NCBI GenBank assembly: GCA_963702475.1
Contig: CAVPCT010000005.1
Coordinates: 320,001-384,000, forward strand
Reading direction: 5' to 3'
Source: an uncultured Thermoleophilia bacterium
GTDB taxonomy: Bacteria; Actinomycetota; Thermoleophilia; UBA2241
DNA: 64,000 bases
In this document: positions 20,588 to 30,653 of the stretch, one piece after another
Numbering within the stretch: position 1 is the first letter of the stretch
Layout: each line of letters begins with the position of its first letter
Notes under the pieces: generated by a model
Seen by the model: the letters and a program-made list of their open reading frames with translations, nothing else
What the model was told of the DNA's origin: nothing
The model's database searches: none
Made by a program: the position numbers and the translations under genes

Positions 20588-22023
20588 GGGCGCGGCTCGA
20601 GATCCTGACCGCCGGGGAGCGCGCCCAGGTCCACGAGCGCACCCTGGGGGTGCTCGAGCGGACGGGGATGCGCTGCGACTCGATCGAGGGTCGCCGGATC
20701 CTCGCCGACGCCGGCGCCCGGGTGGACGAACACACCGGCGTCGTGCGCTTTCCGGCGGTGCTCGTCGAGCAGGCGCTGGCGCAGGCGCCGAAGGCGTTCA
20801 CGCTCGGAGGCCGCCGTCCCGGCTGGAGGTTCGCCCTCTGTGAGGGCGAACAGACCCTGCTCGCCGACGGCGGCGCCACCGCCGTGTTCGACAGCGCGAC
20901 CGGCGAGCGACGGCCACCGACCCGCGGCGACTGGCTGGCGGCCACGCGCATCCTCGACGCGCTCGACGAGGTCGGCCTCTACTGGTGCCCGACGGACTAC
21001 CCGGCGGACTACGAGCGCGCCGGCGGCTTCGTGCGCTACTACGCGGACGCGTTCGCCACCTTCGGCAAGCACGTACAGGACTCGTTCGGCACGCCCGAGC
21101 TGGCGCCGTGGCTCGGCGAGGTCCTCGAGGCGGTGTTCGGCGGCCGCGCGCGCGTGCGCGACCTGCGGCCGCTCTCGTTCCTCATCACGCCGGCCTCTCC
21201 GCTCACCATCGAGCGCAACTACACGGACTCGTGGCTCGCGCTGCGGGACTACCGGTTGCCGGTCGCCATCATGCCGATGCCGCTGCAGGGGGCGACGGCG
21301 CCGGGCAGCCGGCTGGGCACCCTGCTGGCCGCCAACTGCGAGACCCTGGGCACGCTCTGTCTGGTGCAGGCCGCGGCGCCGGGCACGCCCGTCATCTACG
21401 CGCCGGTCGTGGCCACGATGGACCCGCGCACCGGGCTGTACGCCGCCGGCGCCGTGGAGCACGCCGTGCTCTGCGCCGCCGGCACGGAGATGGCCCGGTT
21501 CTACGGCCTGCCGGCCGAATCCTCGGGCTTCTGCACGCAGACCCACGAGCCTGACCTGCAGACCGCCTGGGAGAAGGCCAACGGCGCCCTGCTCGTCACG
21601 CTCTCCGACCCCGACATCCTGGTCGGGCCGGGGCTGCTGGCGGGCGCGACGGTGCTGTGCCTCGAGCAGCTCGTGCTCGACGTGGCGGAGTGGCGCCTGG
21701 CACGCCAGGCGCAGACGGGCATCCCGGTGCGCGACGACCTCTGGCTCGACGACGTGCTCGACCGCGTCGGGGCCGGCGGCTCGTTCCTCTCCGCGCGCTC
21801 CACGCGTGCCAACGCGCGCGGGGGCGAGGAGTGGCGCCTCGGCGACCTCGGCTTCCACGGCAGCCACGACGCGTGGCGCGCGGCCGGCGCGCCGACGACG
21901 CTGCAGTACGCGCGAGAACGTGTCACGGAGATCCTCGCCGCGCACCAGCCGGTGCCCTTCGACGACGACGTCACCGCTGCGCTCGCGGAGCTCCAACGGC
22001 GGGCCGACGCAGCCGACGCGTGA
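20584..22023 (+). CDS. MttB-superfamily methyltransferase, non-Pyl
   Basis: ATG at 20584 overlaps the permease stop; GATAPGS, MDPRTG, SGFCTQTHEPDLQTAWEK (Cys at Pyl position). Confidence 0.88.
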   Translation: MRARLEILTAGERAQVHERTLGVLERTGMRCDSIEGRRILADAGARVDEHTGVVRFPAVLVEQALAQAPKAFTLGGRRPGWRFALCEGEQTLLADGGATAVFDSATGERRPPTRGDWLAATRILDALDEVGLYWCPTDYPADYERAGGFVRYYADAFATFGKHVQDSFGTPELAPWLGEVLEAVFGGRARVRDLRPLSFLITPASPLTIERNYTDSWLALRDYRLPVAIMPMPLQGATAPGSRLGTLLAANCETLGTLCLVQAAAPGTPVIYAPVVATMDPRTGLYAAGAVEHAVLCAAGTEMARFYGLPAESSGFCTQTHEPDLQTAWEKANGALLVTLSDPDILVGPGLLAGATVLCLEQLVLDVAEWRLARQAQTGIPVRDDLWLDDVLDRVGAGGSFLSARSTRANARGGEEWRLGDLGFHGSHDAWRAAGAPTTLQYARERVTEILAAHQPVPFDDDVTAALAELQRRADAADA

Positions 22024-22120
22024 GCTGCGGACGGTCGTCCGGGCGCACGAGACGGGTGGCCCACGGGCCACCGGGACGTGCGCCCGGACGACAGCGGCTC
22101 GCTCGCTGGCGCGCGCCGGG

Positions 22121-22516
22121 TCAGGCGTGCTCGGCGTGCACCCCGATGCGGTTGCCCTCGCTGTCCCGGAAGAAGCCCATGCGGCCGACCATCTCCCCCA
22201 TGTCCTGCACCGGCATGAGGATCTCGCCGCCGGCGTCGGCGGCCCGCTGCAGCATGCCGTCCGGATCGCCGTTGCTCTGGAGGTAGATGGTGCACCCGTC
22301 GAGGCTCGGCCTGGTGTCGGTGACCGCGGCGAGATCGAACGCGACGGGGCCCGGGCCTTCCGCGTCCGCCGACTCGCCTTCGTCGGGACCCGGCAGTGCG
22401 ATACCGTCCATGCCGGGCACCTTCACGAACGGGCGCTGGAGCACGGCGGAGTAGAACGCGATGGCGCGGTCGAGATCTGTGACCGGGATGTCGGCCCAGA
22501 CGATGAGGTTCTCCAT
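22121..22516 (-). CDS. VOC/glyoxalase family protein
   Basis: WADIPVTDLDRAIAFY...FRDSEGNRIG. Confidence 0.88.
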   Translation of the reverse strand: MENLIVWADIPVTDLDRAIAFYSAVLQRPFVKVPGMDGIALPGPDEGESADAEGPGPVAFDLAAVTDTRPSLDGCTIYLQSNGDPDGMLQRAADAGGEILMPVQDMGEMVGRMGFFRDSEGNRIGVHAEHA

Positions 22517-22677
22517 GGTGACGCCTCCGTCACGAGAGTCGTGGACGACCGGCGCCGCTGAGCGGCGCCGGACAGTGGCTGATGACCTCGGTACTCTTCC
22601 CCCCGAGCCAGGGATTCAGGCCCGAGGCCGGCAGGCCCGGCCCGGCAGGCGAGGCGGGCGGGCCGGGACCGGCGACG

Positions 22678-23064
22678 TCAGCCCGGCGGGTTCTCGACGA
22701 TGTACAGCAGGTTCCCGTCCGGGTCGCGCAGCGAGAACATGGGCGGCGCTCCCTCGACGCGCAGCAGACCGGTACCCATGTCGACGCCCAGACCCTGCAG
22801 TTCGGCGTAGGCGGCGCCCGCGTCGCCCGTCGTCAGGCGGATGCCGGTGTCGACGCCGCCGCGGTCCGGCCCATGGGCCAGAGCGATGGTGGTGGACGAG
22901 CCACACGGCGCCACCTCGATCCACCGCCGGCCCCCGCCGAACGTCACGTCCACGCGTTTCTCGAAGCCGAGCGTACCCACGTAGAACTCGAGCGCCCGGT
23001 CCTGGTCCGTCACAGGGACGGCGACCGTGCGCAGTGCGGTGATGTGCGTGGTGATCTCGGGCAT
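22678..23064 (-). CDS. VOC/glyoxalase family protein
   Basis: VPVTDQDRALEFYVGTLGF...LRDPDGN; ATG at 23064 after GGGAGG. Confidence 0.88.
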   Translation of the reverse strand: MPEITTHITALRTVAVPVTDQDRALEFYVGTLGFEKRVDVTFGGGRRWIEVAPCGSSTTIALAHGPDRGGVDTGIRLTTGDAGAAYAELQGLGVDMGTGLLRVEGAPPMFSLRDPDGNLLYIVENPPG

Positions 23065-23269
23065 CACGACCTCCCCGGGGTGAGCAGACACGGGAGAGAT
23101 ACCCGGCGGGGCGTGAAGGGGCACCCCCGCGGCGAAGAGCGACCGCTGCAGCCGCGACCGGTGTGTGCCGCCGCGGCCGGCTGCGAAGCGTCCGTGGGCG
23201 AGACCGTCAGGGCGAAGAAGAAGGTCGCGAGGCACGCCAGCCGGCGCCCCGGCGGAGCGCCGGCGTAGC

Positions 23270-24079
23270 TCAGCAAGCGTCCGGCCGCGGCAGCCAGATG
23301 GTGTCGTCGGCGGGCCCGCCGACGCCCTCGCGCCCGTTTCCGTCCAGACTCGCCACCCAGGCGCACAGGTAGGCGTCCAGCTTGTCGTGACGGGCGCCGA
23401 AGGCGACGTCGTCGAGGGCGGCCGCCACGGGAGGGCCCGGCCAGCCGGTGCGCAGGGCGACGGCGGCGAGACGGTCGTCCAGGCCGCCGCGCGTGAGCTT
23501 GCGCTGCCCGGCGGCTCCCAGCACCAGGCCGACCGCGTGTGGGAACGTCTCCAGACACTCCCACTCGCGCTGCAGACGTGCGAACAGCGCAAAGCCGGCG
23601 AGCATCCACAACCTGTTGGCGTGCGGGAGCCGGGCGGCGGAGACCCCTGCCGCGAGATGCCGGCGGACCTCTTTGCGCATCCGCGTCCACGCCGCCTCGT
23701 CCGGCGTCGGGTAGAACGGGATGCCGCGGGCCGTGAGGCCGACCTCGCTCACGCGGCGCCCGCCGGAAGGCGCAGGGCCGCGCGGCGCGTCGACGGCCAC
23801 GCGGCGGATGGTCACGCCGAACGCGGTCTCGAGGGCACGCAGGTACGCGGCGGCCGCGGCGGCGAAGGCGAGCGTCGCCGCGACGTCCAGCGCCACGGCC
23901 GCGTTGCCGATGCCCCGAGGAGGCCGCACGGCAGCGCCGCGGAGCGGCAGCGGCAGCAGCCGGCCCGCGTCGCGTACGCAGACGCACACGGGCAGACGTT
24001 TCGCCCGCGCCACGGCGACGTCGATACCGGCGAACGCGTCGCGGCGGCCGGCGGGCCGCCCGCCCCCGGCCGCCGTCAC
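23270..24079 (-). CDS. DUF429-like protein (RNase H-like fold)
   Basis: FAGIDVA, VAVDAP, ETFPHA and DKLDAYLCA motifs. Confidence 0.7.
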   Translation of the reverse strand: MTAAGGGRPAGRRDAFAGIDVAVARAKRLPVCVCVRDAGRLLPLPLRGAAVRPPRGIGNAAVALDVAATLAFAAAAAAYLRALETAFGVTIRRVAVDAPRGPAPSGGRRVSEVGLTARGIPFYPTPDEAAWTRMRKEVRRHLAAGVSAARLPHANRLWMLAGFALFARLQREWECLETFPHAVGLVLGAAGQRKLTRGGLDDRLAAVALRTGWPGPPVAAALDDVAFGARHDKLDAYLCAWVASLDGNGREGVGGPADDTIWLPRPDAC

Positions 24080-24083
24080 CGGA

Positions 24084-24506
24084 TCACGCCCTGAGGACCA
24101 GCTTGCCCGCCACGGCATCGACCAGCACGCGGTCGCCGTCCTTGACCGCTTCGTAGAAGGCCGGATCGGCACGGTCCACGAGCGGCACGTCCATGACGAT
24201 GGCGCCGGAGACGAGCACGGTGTCGGGCGCCGCCACGATGATGGCCGCCGGCGCTTTGCCGTTCTTCATGAGCTTGTAGAGCCCGTCGGCCTGCACCACG
24301 GAGCTGCCCTTGCCCGACGGCATCACCAGCACCTTGCCGGCGATGTTGCGGCCGTTGATATCGTGCGGGTGCTCCACCACGACGCCGCTCTCGTACTCGA
24401 CGAGGTAGAAGCACACGGCGTCCCTGGAGATGACGACCTCGCCCTCGGCGACCCCCTCGGAGAGGGACCGGCAGCCGAACTCGCGCTCGGTACCCACCTG
24501 GCTCAC
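24084..24506 (-). CDS. aconitase X small (swiveling) subunit, DUF126
   Basis: G.AEGEVVIS, HPHDING.NIAGKVLV.P.GKGSS, APAAII; GTG start overlaps the large-subunit stop. Confidence 0.85.
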   Translation of the reverse strand: MSQVGTEREFGCRSLSEGVAEGEVVISRDAVCFYLVEYESGVVVEHPHDINGRNIAGKVLVMPSGKGSSVVQADGLYKLMKNGKAPAAIIVAAPDTVLVSGAIVMDVPLVDRADPAFYEAVKDGDRVLVDAVAGKLVLRA

Positions 24507-25720
24507 GTCGTCACCTCCCCCTTGACGGCGGCTTCGATGGCCTCCCGGAGCGGGCGGATCATGAAGTCCGTCTTGTTGATCTGGTGGTAGTAGGCGCACT
24601 TGGGCGAGTCGGTGACTCCCGTGGCGCCGTAGATGGGGCCCCAGCAGGGCGGCACGTCGATGCAGGTGTCGGCGACGACGTGCCCGCCGGCCCGCCGGAT
24701 GACGTTCAGGTAGCCCATCCGGTCCGCCAGCTCCCTGGTGAGCGAGCTGGTGAGGATCCATGCCGGCACCGCCAGGTGCCGGCCGTCGAGCACCTCGGCG
24801 ATCTCCGCGACCTGGCGGATGGAGAGGTGCGGGCAGCCGAACATGGCGAAGTCGATCTTGCCCGGGCGCCCGCAGACGGCCTCCCGGGCCGCGTCGATGT
24901 CGGCGTCGGCGATGACGACCGTCTCGAGCACTTCGTTGCCGCCGAACGCGGCCTCGAGCGTCGGCGCCTCCGGGGTGATGCCGGGGATGTGGTACATGGA
25001 GACACAACCCGAGGTGTTGAGCTCGGCGCCGAACTGCAGGAAGCCCTCGGGCGTCGGCCGGGCCTCGATCCCGGTGAACACCGGCACCTCGAGGCCCTTG
25101 TACTTCATCGGGTAGGCCCAGCCGAGCAGGGTCCAGTCGAAGTCGTCGCGGACCTCGGTGCGCACCTCGACGAGGACCCGGCCCTTGCGCTCGTCGTCGA
25201 GCAGCAGGCCGTACTCGGGCACCACGCCCGTGACCGCCGCGCACAGGGCGCTGTGCGCCGACTCGCGGTTCGTGCGCGCGCCGATCACCGAGTTCACGTA
25301 CGGAGTCGCGCTCGACTCGGAGAAGGCGATGACCTCGCCGAACGCGGGCACGTTCTTCTCCAGGCCCGGCGCGCAGTCCAGCGTCATGGTGGCGCCGATC
25401 TTCGTGTAGGCGGCATTGGTCTGCGACACGATGTCCAAGCCGGCCTGCGGGATCTCCCACAGGTGCTCGTCGAGGTACTTCAGGTCGATGCTCGGGTTCA
25501 CGGTCGGCGACACCCTGCAGCGCGCCCCACCGTCCACCAGCTTGCTCACGAACCACAGGTCGGCGTCCTGGGCGCTCAGCGCCACATGGGCGCGGGTGAT
25601 GGGCACCATACGCTCGGCGTCGAACGCCTTGCCCACGCCCACCTGTACGCGCATGGCGAGCGCCACGCCTTCACCGTGCTCGCCGTCCAGCATGCTCTGC
25701 TCGAGACTCGTCAACTCCAC
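24503..25720 (-). CDS. aconitase X catalytic subunit, DUF521
   Basis: MLDGEHG, ESSA..YVNSV.GARTNRES, GCPHLS, DTC, TDSPKCAYY motifs. Confidence 0.9.
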   Translation of the reverse strand: MELTSLEQSMLDGEHGEGVALAMRVQVGVGKAFDAERMVPITRAHVALSAQDADLWFVSKLVDGGARCRVSPTVNPSIDLKYLDEHLWEIPQAGLDIVSQTNAAYTKIGATMTLDCAPGLEKNVPAFGEVIAFSESSATPYVNSVIGARTNRESAHSALCAAVTGVVPEYGLLLDDERKGRVLVEVRTEVRDDFDWTLLGWAYPMKYKGLEVPVFTGIEARPTPEGFLQFGAELNTSGCVSMYHIPGITPEAPTLEAAFGGNEVLETVVIADADIDAAREAVCGRPGKIDFAMFGCPHLSIRQVAEIAEVLDGRHLAVPAWILTSSLTRELADRMGYLNVIRRAGGHVVADTCIDVPPCWGPIYGATGVTDSPKCAYYHQINKTDFMIRPLREAIEAAVKGEVTT

Positions 25721-26131
25721 TGCGGCTCTCCCTTCCCGCGGCCTCTGCCGGGACGTCCCCATCATCCCCCCGGCCTCCCGCAGGTCAACGGGCACGCCGG
25801 GCGCGGTCCTCAGGGGTGGACACCAACCGCGGCAGAAGGGGGGCCGACCGCCGTCATCGACGTTCCACATATGGGACCATGCGCCCGAGACCCTTGCACT
25901 CGCCTGCGGGCGCTCGTCATATCCTCGTATGGCGAGGATGTCGGCGGCCGACGGGCGCCGTCGGCGGGGGCCACAGGGGAGACCCTTGCTTGTGGTATGG
26001 ACCAGCATGCATACTGACTCAGGGGCACCGGCCGCAGGGGGCTGCGCGCCGGGTCGGAGACCACGCCGCGCGACCCCGGCCTCTCCACACCAAGACCCAC
26101 CCGCTCGGACGAGCCGTACGAAGGAGGACCT

Positions 26132-27763
26132 GTGACAGGCAACGAACCCACGCACAGCGAGGGGATCCTGAAGACGCCGCTCACGCGCCGCCAGATCCTC
26201 GGCGGAGCCGCCGCGTTCGCCGGGGCGGCGGCGCTCGGCCCGCTCGCCTCCGCCTGCGGCAGCGAGGAGAGCTCCGGCGGCGAGTCCGCGTCCGCCAGCC
26301 CTTCGGCGGCAGCCGGACCCCAGAAAGGCGGCGACCTCGTCGCCGGCATCTACACCGGGTCCGCCAAGGATTCCTACGACCCGCACCGGCTCGCCTACGA
26401 GCCGGAGATCGTCGCGGGCTACCAGCTGTACGACGGGCTGATGACGTTCACGCCCGACTACAAGATCACCCCCGCGCTGGCCGAGGAGGTCACGCCGAGC
26501 GCGGACGCCATGACCTGGACGGCTAAGCTCAAGTCAGGTCTGGTGTTCTCGGACGGTTCTCCGGTGAACGCGGACGCCGTGGTGTGGAGCATCAAGCGCA
26601 TCCTCGACCCCAAGTTCCCCGGCAACAGCGCCGAGATGTTCGTGGGGCTCACGCAGAGCGGCGTACGCAAGGTCGACGACCTCACCGTGGAGTTCGCCCT
26701 GGACACGCCCAACGCCGTGTTCCCCGAAGCGCTCGCCTCCCGCGAGAGCAACATCGTCCCCTCCACCTGGACGGTGGAGAAGCCCGTCGGCAGCGGCCCG
26801 TTCACCCTCAAGAGCTGGACGGCCGGGCAGCAGATGGAGTTCCTCCCGAACCCCAACTACTGGGGTGAGGGGCCCTACGTCGACTCCCTGACGGTCATCG
26901 AGTACCCGGAGCCCACGGCGCGCCTCAACGCCCTGCTCAGCGGGCAGATCGACTGGGCCGGCTACATGGACGGCGCCCAGCTGCAGACCATCCAGAGCAC
27001 GCCCGGGTACGCCGCCTGGCAGACCAAGAACGGCGGCTGGTTCCCGTTCACCATGCGCATCGACGTCAAGCCGTTCGACGACGTCAAGGTGCGCCAGGCG
27101 ATGCGCCTCATCGTCGACCGCGACCAGATGATCGCGCAGGCCTACAACGACCTGGGCTGGGCCGGCAACGACATGTACGCCGTGTACGACCCTGGCTATC
27201 CGGCCGGCCTGCCGCAGCGCACCCAGGATCTCGAGCAGGCCAAGTCGCTGCTCAAGCAGGCCGGACAGGAGAACCTCGCCGTCGAGCTCGTGTGCTCGGA
27301 CGGCGTCGGCGCCGGCACCGTGAACGCCGCCGCCGTGTTCTCCCAGCAGGCCAAGGGCGCAGGCGTGGACATCAAGGTCCGCAAGGTCGACTCAAGCGTC
27401 ATGTACGGCGACGAGTACCTCAAGTGGCCGTTCGCCATGGACTACTGGGGCACGCGCAACTACCTGCCGCAGACCTCCATGGGCACCACCGACGGGGCGC
27501 CGTACAACGAGACCCACTGGCCGGGCCCGTACACCAACTGGCTCGATCTCGTGAACGAGGCCTGGAAGACCACCGACGAGGCCAAGCGCAACGAGCTGGT
27601 CACCGAGGCCTCCACCATCGAGTACAACGAGGGCGGCTACATCGTGTGGTCGTACAACATCTCGTCGGACGGCTACAGGGACGCGATCGGCGGCATGGTG
27701 CACGACGTGTTCGGCGGCTCGTCCATCGGCTACCGGTACCACCTGCTGTACTACAAGGCCTGA
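26132..27763 (+). CDS. ABC substrate-binding lipoprotein, family 5 (peptide/nickel), Tat-exported
   Basis: TRRQILG twin-arginine motif, LASAC lipobox, PALAE..., PVGSGPF, VRQAM motifs. Confidence 0.9.
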   Translation: MTGNEPTHSEGILKTPLTRRQILGGAAAFAGAAALGPLASACGSEESSGGESASASPSAAAGPQKGGDLVAGIYTGSAKDSYDPHRLAYEPEIVAGYQLYDGLMTFTPDYKITPALAEEVTPSADAMTWTAKLKSGLVFSDGSPVNADAVVWSIKRILDPKFPGNSAEMFVGLTQSGVRKVDDLTVEFALDTPNAVFPEALASRESNIVPSTWTVEKPVGSGPFTLKSWTAGQQMEFLPNPNYWGEGPYVDSLTVIEYPEPTARLNALLSGQIDWAGYMDGAQLQTIQSTPGYAAWQTKNGGWFPFTMRIDVKPFDDVKVRQAMRLIVDRDQMIAQAYNDLGWAGNDMYAVYDPGYPAGLPQRTQDLEQAKSLLKQAGQENLAVELVCSDGVGAGTVNAAAVFSQQAKGAGVDIKVRKVDSSVMYGDEYLKWPFAMDYWGTRNYLPQTSMGTTDGAPYNETHWPGPYTNWLDLVNEAWKTTDEAKRNELVTEASTIEYNEGGYIVWSYNISSDGYRDAIGGMVHDVFGGSSIGYRYHLLYYKA

Positions 27764-27787
27764 GCCGGCCTCGACCGGCCGGAGTGA

Positions 27788-27826
27788 GCCGAGGGCCCGG
27801 CGCGCTGCGCGCGCCGGGCCCTCGGC
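27788..27826. terminator. GC-rich hairpin between convergent genes
   Basis: 18-bp perfect stem GCCGAGGGCCCGGCGCGC/GCGCGCCGGGCCCTCGGC with 3-nt loop. Confidence 0.7.
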
Positions 27827-27878
27827 CGTCAGGGCGGCGGGCGGCGGCAGAGCCGAGGCGCCGCCTCCACCCGCCCCA

Positions 27879-29072
27879 TCACTCGTACCGCAGGGCCATG
27901 GTCGGCTCTACCGAGGCGGCCTGCACGGCCGGGCCGAGCCCGGCCAGGATGCCGACCGCGGCGGCCACGACCAGGGCGAGCGTCACCGTGAGCGCCGAGA
28001 ACGCCGGCGCCACGTCAAGGGCGGAACCGCCGATGTACGCGGCGCCGATCCCGATGCCCAGACCCAGCACGCCGCCGATGATGCTCGTCACCACGGCGTA
28101 GATCAGGAACTCCATGACGATGTCGCGCCGCGTCGCCCCGACGGCGCGCCGCACACCGATCTCGCGGGTACGCTCGCGCACGGTCACCAGCATGACGTTG
28201 GCCACGCCGATGCCGCCCACCACGAGGCTGATGGCGGCGATCGCCGCCATCAGCCCCGTCAGCGTCTTCGTGCTCGACGACACCGCCGAGGCGATGGAGC
28301 TGGCGTTGACGACCTGGAAGTCGTTCTGGTCTGTCGTCGCCAGACCGCGCTCCGAACGCAGCGTGCTCTCCACGGCCGACGTGAAGGTGTCCACCGCGTC
28401 CGCGTCGGCCTGCACGCGGATGGTCGAGATCTCCGGATGGTAGGAGACCAGCGTGCCCTCGATGGCGGTGAGCGGCACGATGATGCTGTCGTCCACAGAC
28501 GCGAAGGCGATGCCGCCCTGCGAGTCGAGCACGCCGACCACGGTGAACGGCTGGCCGCCCACCTTGACCGTCTCACCGAGCGCGCGCAGCGGCGTGAGCT
28601 CCAGGTTCTCGCAGGTCGTCGACCCGAGCACCGCCACCGGAAGCGCGTTGTCCACCTGGAACCGGCTGAAGAAGGCACCCGCGACCACGGTCAGGTGGTT
28701 GATGGTCCTGAAGCCGGGAAAGGTGCCGGTCACGGTGGCGTTGACGGTGGTCGACCCGGACGTCACGGAGGCGTTGGTGTCCACCGTGTAGACGGTCTTC
28801 TTCACGCCGGGCGTGTCGTCGATCGCCGCGAGGTCGCTCGACGAGAGCCCCGACGAGCTCGACGAGAACCTGCTGGCCTGCACCGTGATGGTGTCCGTAC
28901 CGAACGCGTTGAACCGGTCCTCGACGGCCTTGGTGGAACCGCCGCCGATGGCAGTCAGCGCCACCACCGCACCCACGCCGATGACGATGCCGAGAATGGT
29001 CAGCACCGCGCGCAGCGGGTTGGCCCGCAGGCTCGAGAAGGCGAGACGCAGCGACTCGAGGAAGACGATCAC
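27879..29072 (-). CDS. MacB/FtsX-family ABC permease
   Basis: LRAVLTILGIVIGV and GGIGVANVMLVTVRERTREIGVRRAVGA motifs. Confidence 0.92.
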   Translation of the reverse strand: MIVFLESLRLAFSSLRANPLRAVLTILGIVIGVGAVVALTAIGGGSTKAVEDRFNAFGTDTITVQASRFSSSSSGLSSSDLAAIDDTPGVKKTVYTVDTNASVTSGSTTVNATVTGTFPGFRTINHLTVVAGAFFSRFQVDNALPVAVLGSTTCENLELTPLRALGETVKVGGQPFTVVGVLDSQGGIAFASVDDSIIVPLTAIEGTLVSYHPEISTIRVQADADAVDTFTSAVESTLRSERGLATTDQNDFQVVNASSIASAVSSSTKTLTGLMAAIAAISLVVGGIGVANVMLVTVRERTREIGVRRAVGATRRDIVMEFLIYAVVTSIIGGVLGLGIGIGAAYIGGSALDVAPAFSALTVTLALVVAAAVGILAGLGPAVQAASVEPTMALRYE

Positions 29073-29075
29073 TGA

Positions 29076-30653
29076 CTACCGCCCTGCAGCACCGGCGGCG
29101 TCCCCTGCGGCATGCCACCCGCCGGCGGCCCGCCGGCGCCGTTGAGCACGCTGCCGAGGCCGGAGCGCTCCGAGCGGCTCGTCGACGTGCCCTCGACGTA
29201 CTGTCCGGTGACGACGGTCTCGCCCTCGGCGAGACCGCTCGTGACTCTCCGTGTACGACGAGGTGGCCATGCCGGTCTCCACCTGGCGGACGACCGGCAC
29301 GCCGTTCTGCATCACCCGGACATAGGACGTGCTCGAGGTGCCCGTCACCGCGCTGGTCGGCACGAGCAGCACGTCGCTGTGCTCCTCGAGCACGATCTCG
29401 AGCGTGCCGGTCATCCCGGAGCGGGCCACGGAGGGCAGCTCCTCAGGGCGTATGGTGATGGTGTACTGGGTGGAGCCCGAGGACGAGCTTCCCAGGGACG
29501 ACGAGGAGGAGGACGCCGGCTCGTCGGAGATCGCGGTGATGACCCCGGTGAACGCCTGGTCGGTGTACCCGTCGATGGTCATCTGCGCCTTCTGCCCGAC
29601 CTTCAGCTGCCCGAGGTCGCTCTGGCCCACCAGGGCCTGTGCTTCGAGAGCTGTCGGGGCGCTGATCGTCGCGAGCTGAGTGCCGCCGCCGACACGGCTG
29701 CCCAGCGTCACACCCCACGAGGAGAGCGTCGACCCGTCGGGCATCCACACGAAGCGATCCACGTCCACGACGCCGGTCTTGCTCATGCCGTTGTCGGCCT
29801 GCCACTTCTTGTACGCGCTCTCGGTGGCCGCGGTGAACCTCCCGTTGACCTTGCCGTCGTAGTAGCCCTCGTCCCTGAGGGAGCGCTGGAGCACGGCGAC
29901 GTTGACGCGCTGGTCGCCCGACGAGAGGTCGGTGGAGAGGTCCTTCCACAACGGGGCGGAGCTGACGAAGGCGTACACGCCCTTGCCCGACACGGTGAGG
30001 AGCCGCTGCAGCGTGTGCGGCATGCCGCCCTCCTTGGCCACCAGGCGTGTGACGATGCCGCTGAGGCCGGACGATACCGACGTGGACGTGGCGGCGCTGC
30101 CGGTGGAGGCCGCCGCGGAGGACGCGCCTCCACTGCTCGCCGTCATGCCGCCGCTCACGCCGCCGGAGAACGAGCCCCCGGAGGACTGGCTCGGCGAGGG
30201 GACCGGCACCGAGCTCCCGCTCGGCGACGGCCTCACCGTCGGAGTGGCGGTGGGCGTGGGCGTCGCGGTGGGCTCCACGCTGGCCGACGAGCTCGGGCTC
30301 GGCGAGCTCACGTCGAACGACGCGAAGAGCGTCGCGGCCCCGGCCGTCCCCGAGGAGCTGGTCGCGGCGCCCGTCGCACTCCCGCCGTCGGCGGAGCTGT
30401 CGGAGCTCGACGAGCTCCCCGAGAGCGAGATGGCGGAGACGCCGCCGTCGGAGGCCAGCGTGAAGTCGGACTCCACCGTCTGTGAGATCGTCCCCGCAGT
30501 CACCGTCGACGTGAGATACCTCACGGCGCCCGTGGTGTCACGGCCGACGAACCACCACACGCCGCCGCCCGCGGCCGCAGCCAGGGCGACGACGACCAGG
30601 GCCAGGAGCCACCAGCGCTTGCGCTTCCTCTTGCCTGCTGTCGCCGCACTCAC
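29076..30653 (-). CDS. efflux membrane-fusion (adaptor) protein with peptidoglycan-binding domain; likely C-terminal frameshift near 29245
   Basis: N-terminal TM, PG-binding VAVLQRSL...GYY.G.V.G.F...TE.A.KKWQ, LKVGQKA, VLLVPTSAV. Confidence 0.8.
   Translation of the reverse strand: MSAATAGKRKRKRWWLLALVVVALAAAAGGGVWWFVGRDTTGAVRYLTSTVTAGTISQTVESDFTLASDGGVSAISLSGSSSSSDSSADGGSATGAATSSSGTAGAATLFASFDVSSPSPSSSASVEPTATPTPTATPTVRPSPSGSSVPVPSPSQSSGGSFSGGVSGGMTASSGGASSAAASTGSAATSTSVSSGLSGIVTRLVAKEGGMPHTLQRLLTVSGKGVYAFVSSAPLWKDLSTDLSSGDQRVNVAVLQRSLRDEGYYDGKVNGRFTAATESAYKKWQADNGMSKTGVVDVDRFVWMPDGSTLSSWGVTLGSRVGGGTQLATISAPTALEAQALVGQSDLGQLKVGQKAQMTIDGYTDQAFTGVITAISDEPASSSSSSLGSSSSGSTQYTITIRPEELPSVARSGMTGTLEIVLEEHSDVLLVPTSAVTGTSSTSYVRVMQNGVPVVRQVETGMATSSYTESHERSRRGRDRRHRTVRRGHVDEPLGALRPRQRAQRRRRAAGGWHAAGDAAGAAGR

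Noticed and set aside
19015-22023. 1002-aa ORF suggesting a large fusion protein
   Set aside because: The N-terminal half is an off-frame shadow of the APC permease; the real MttB starts at 20584
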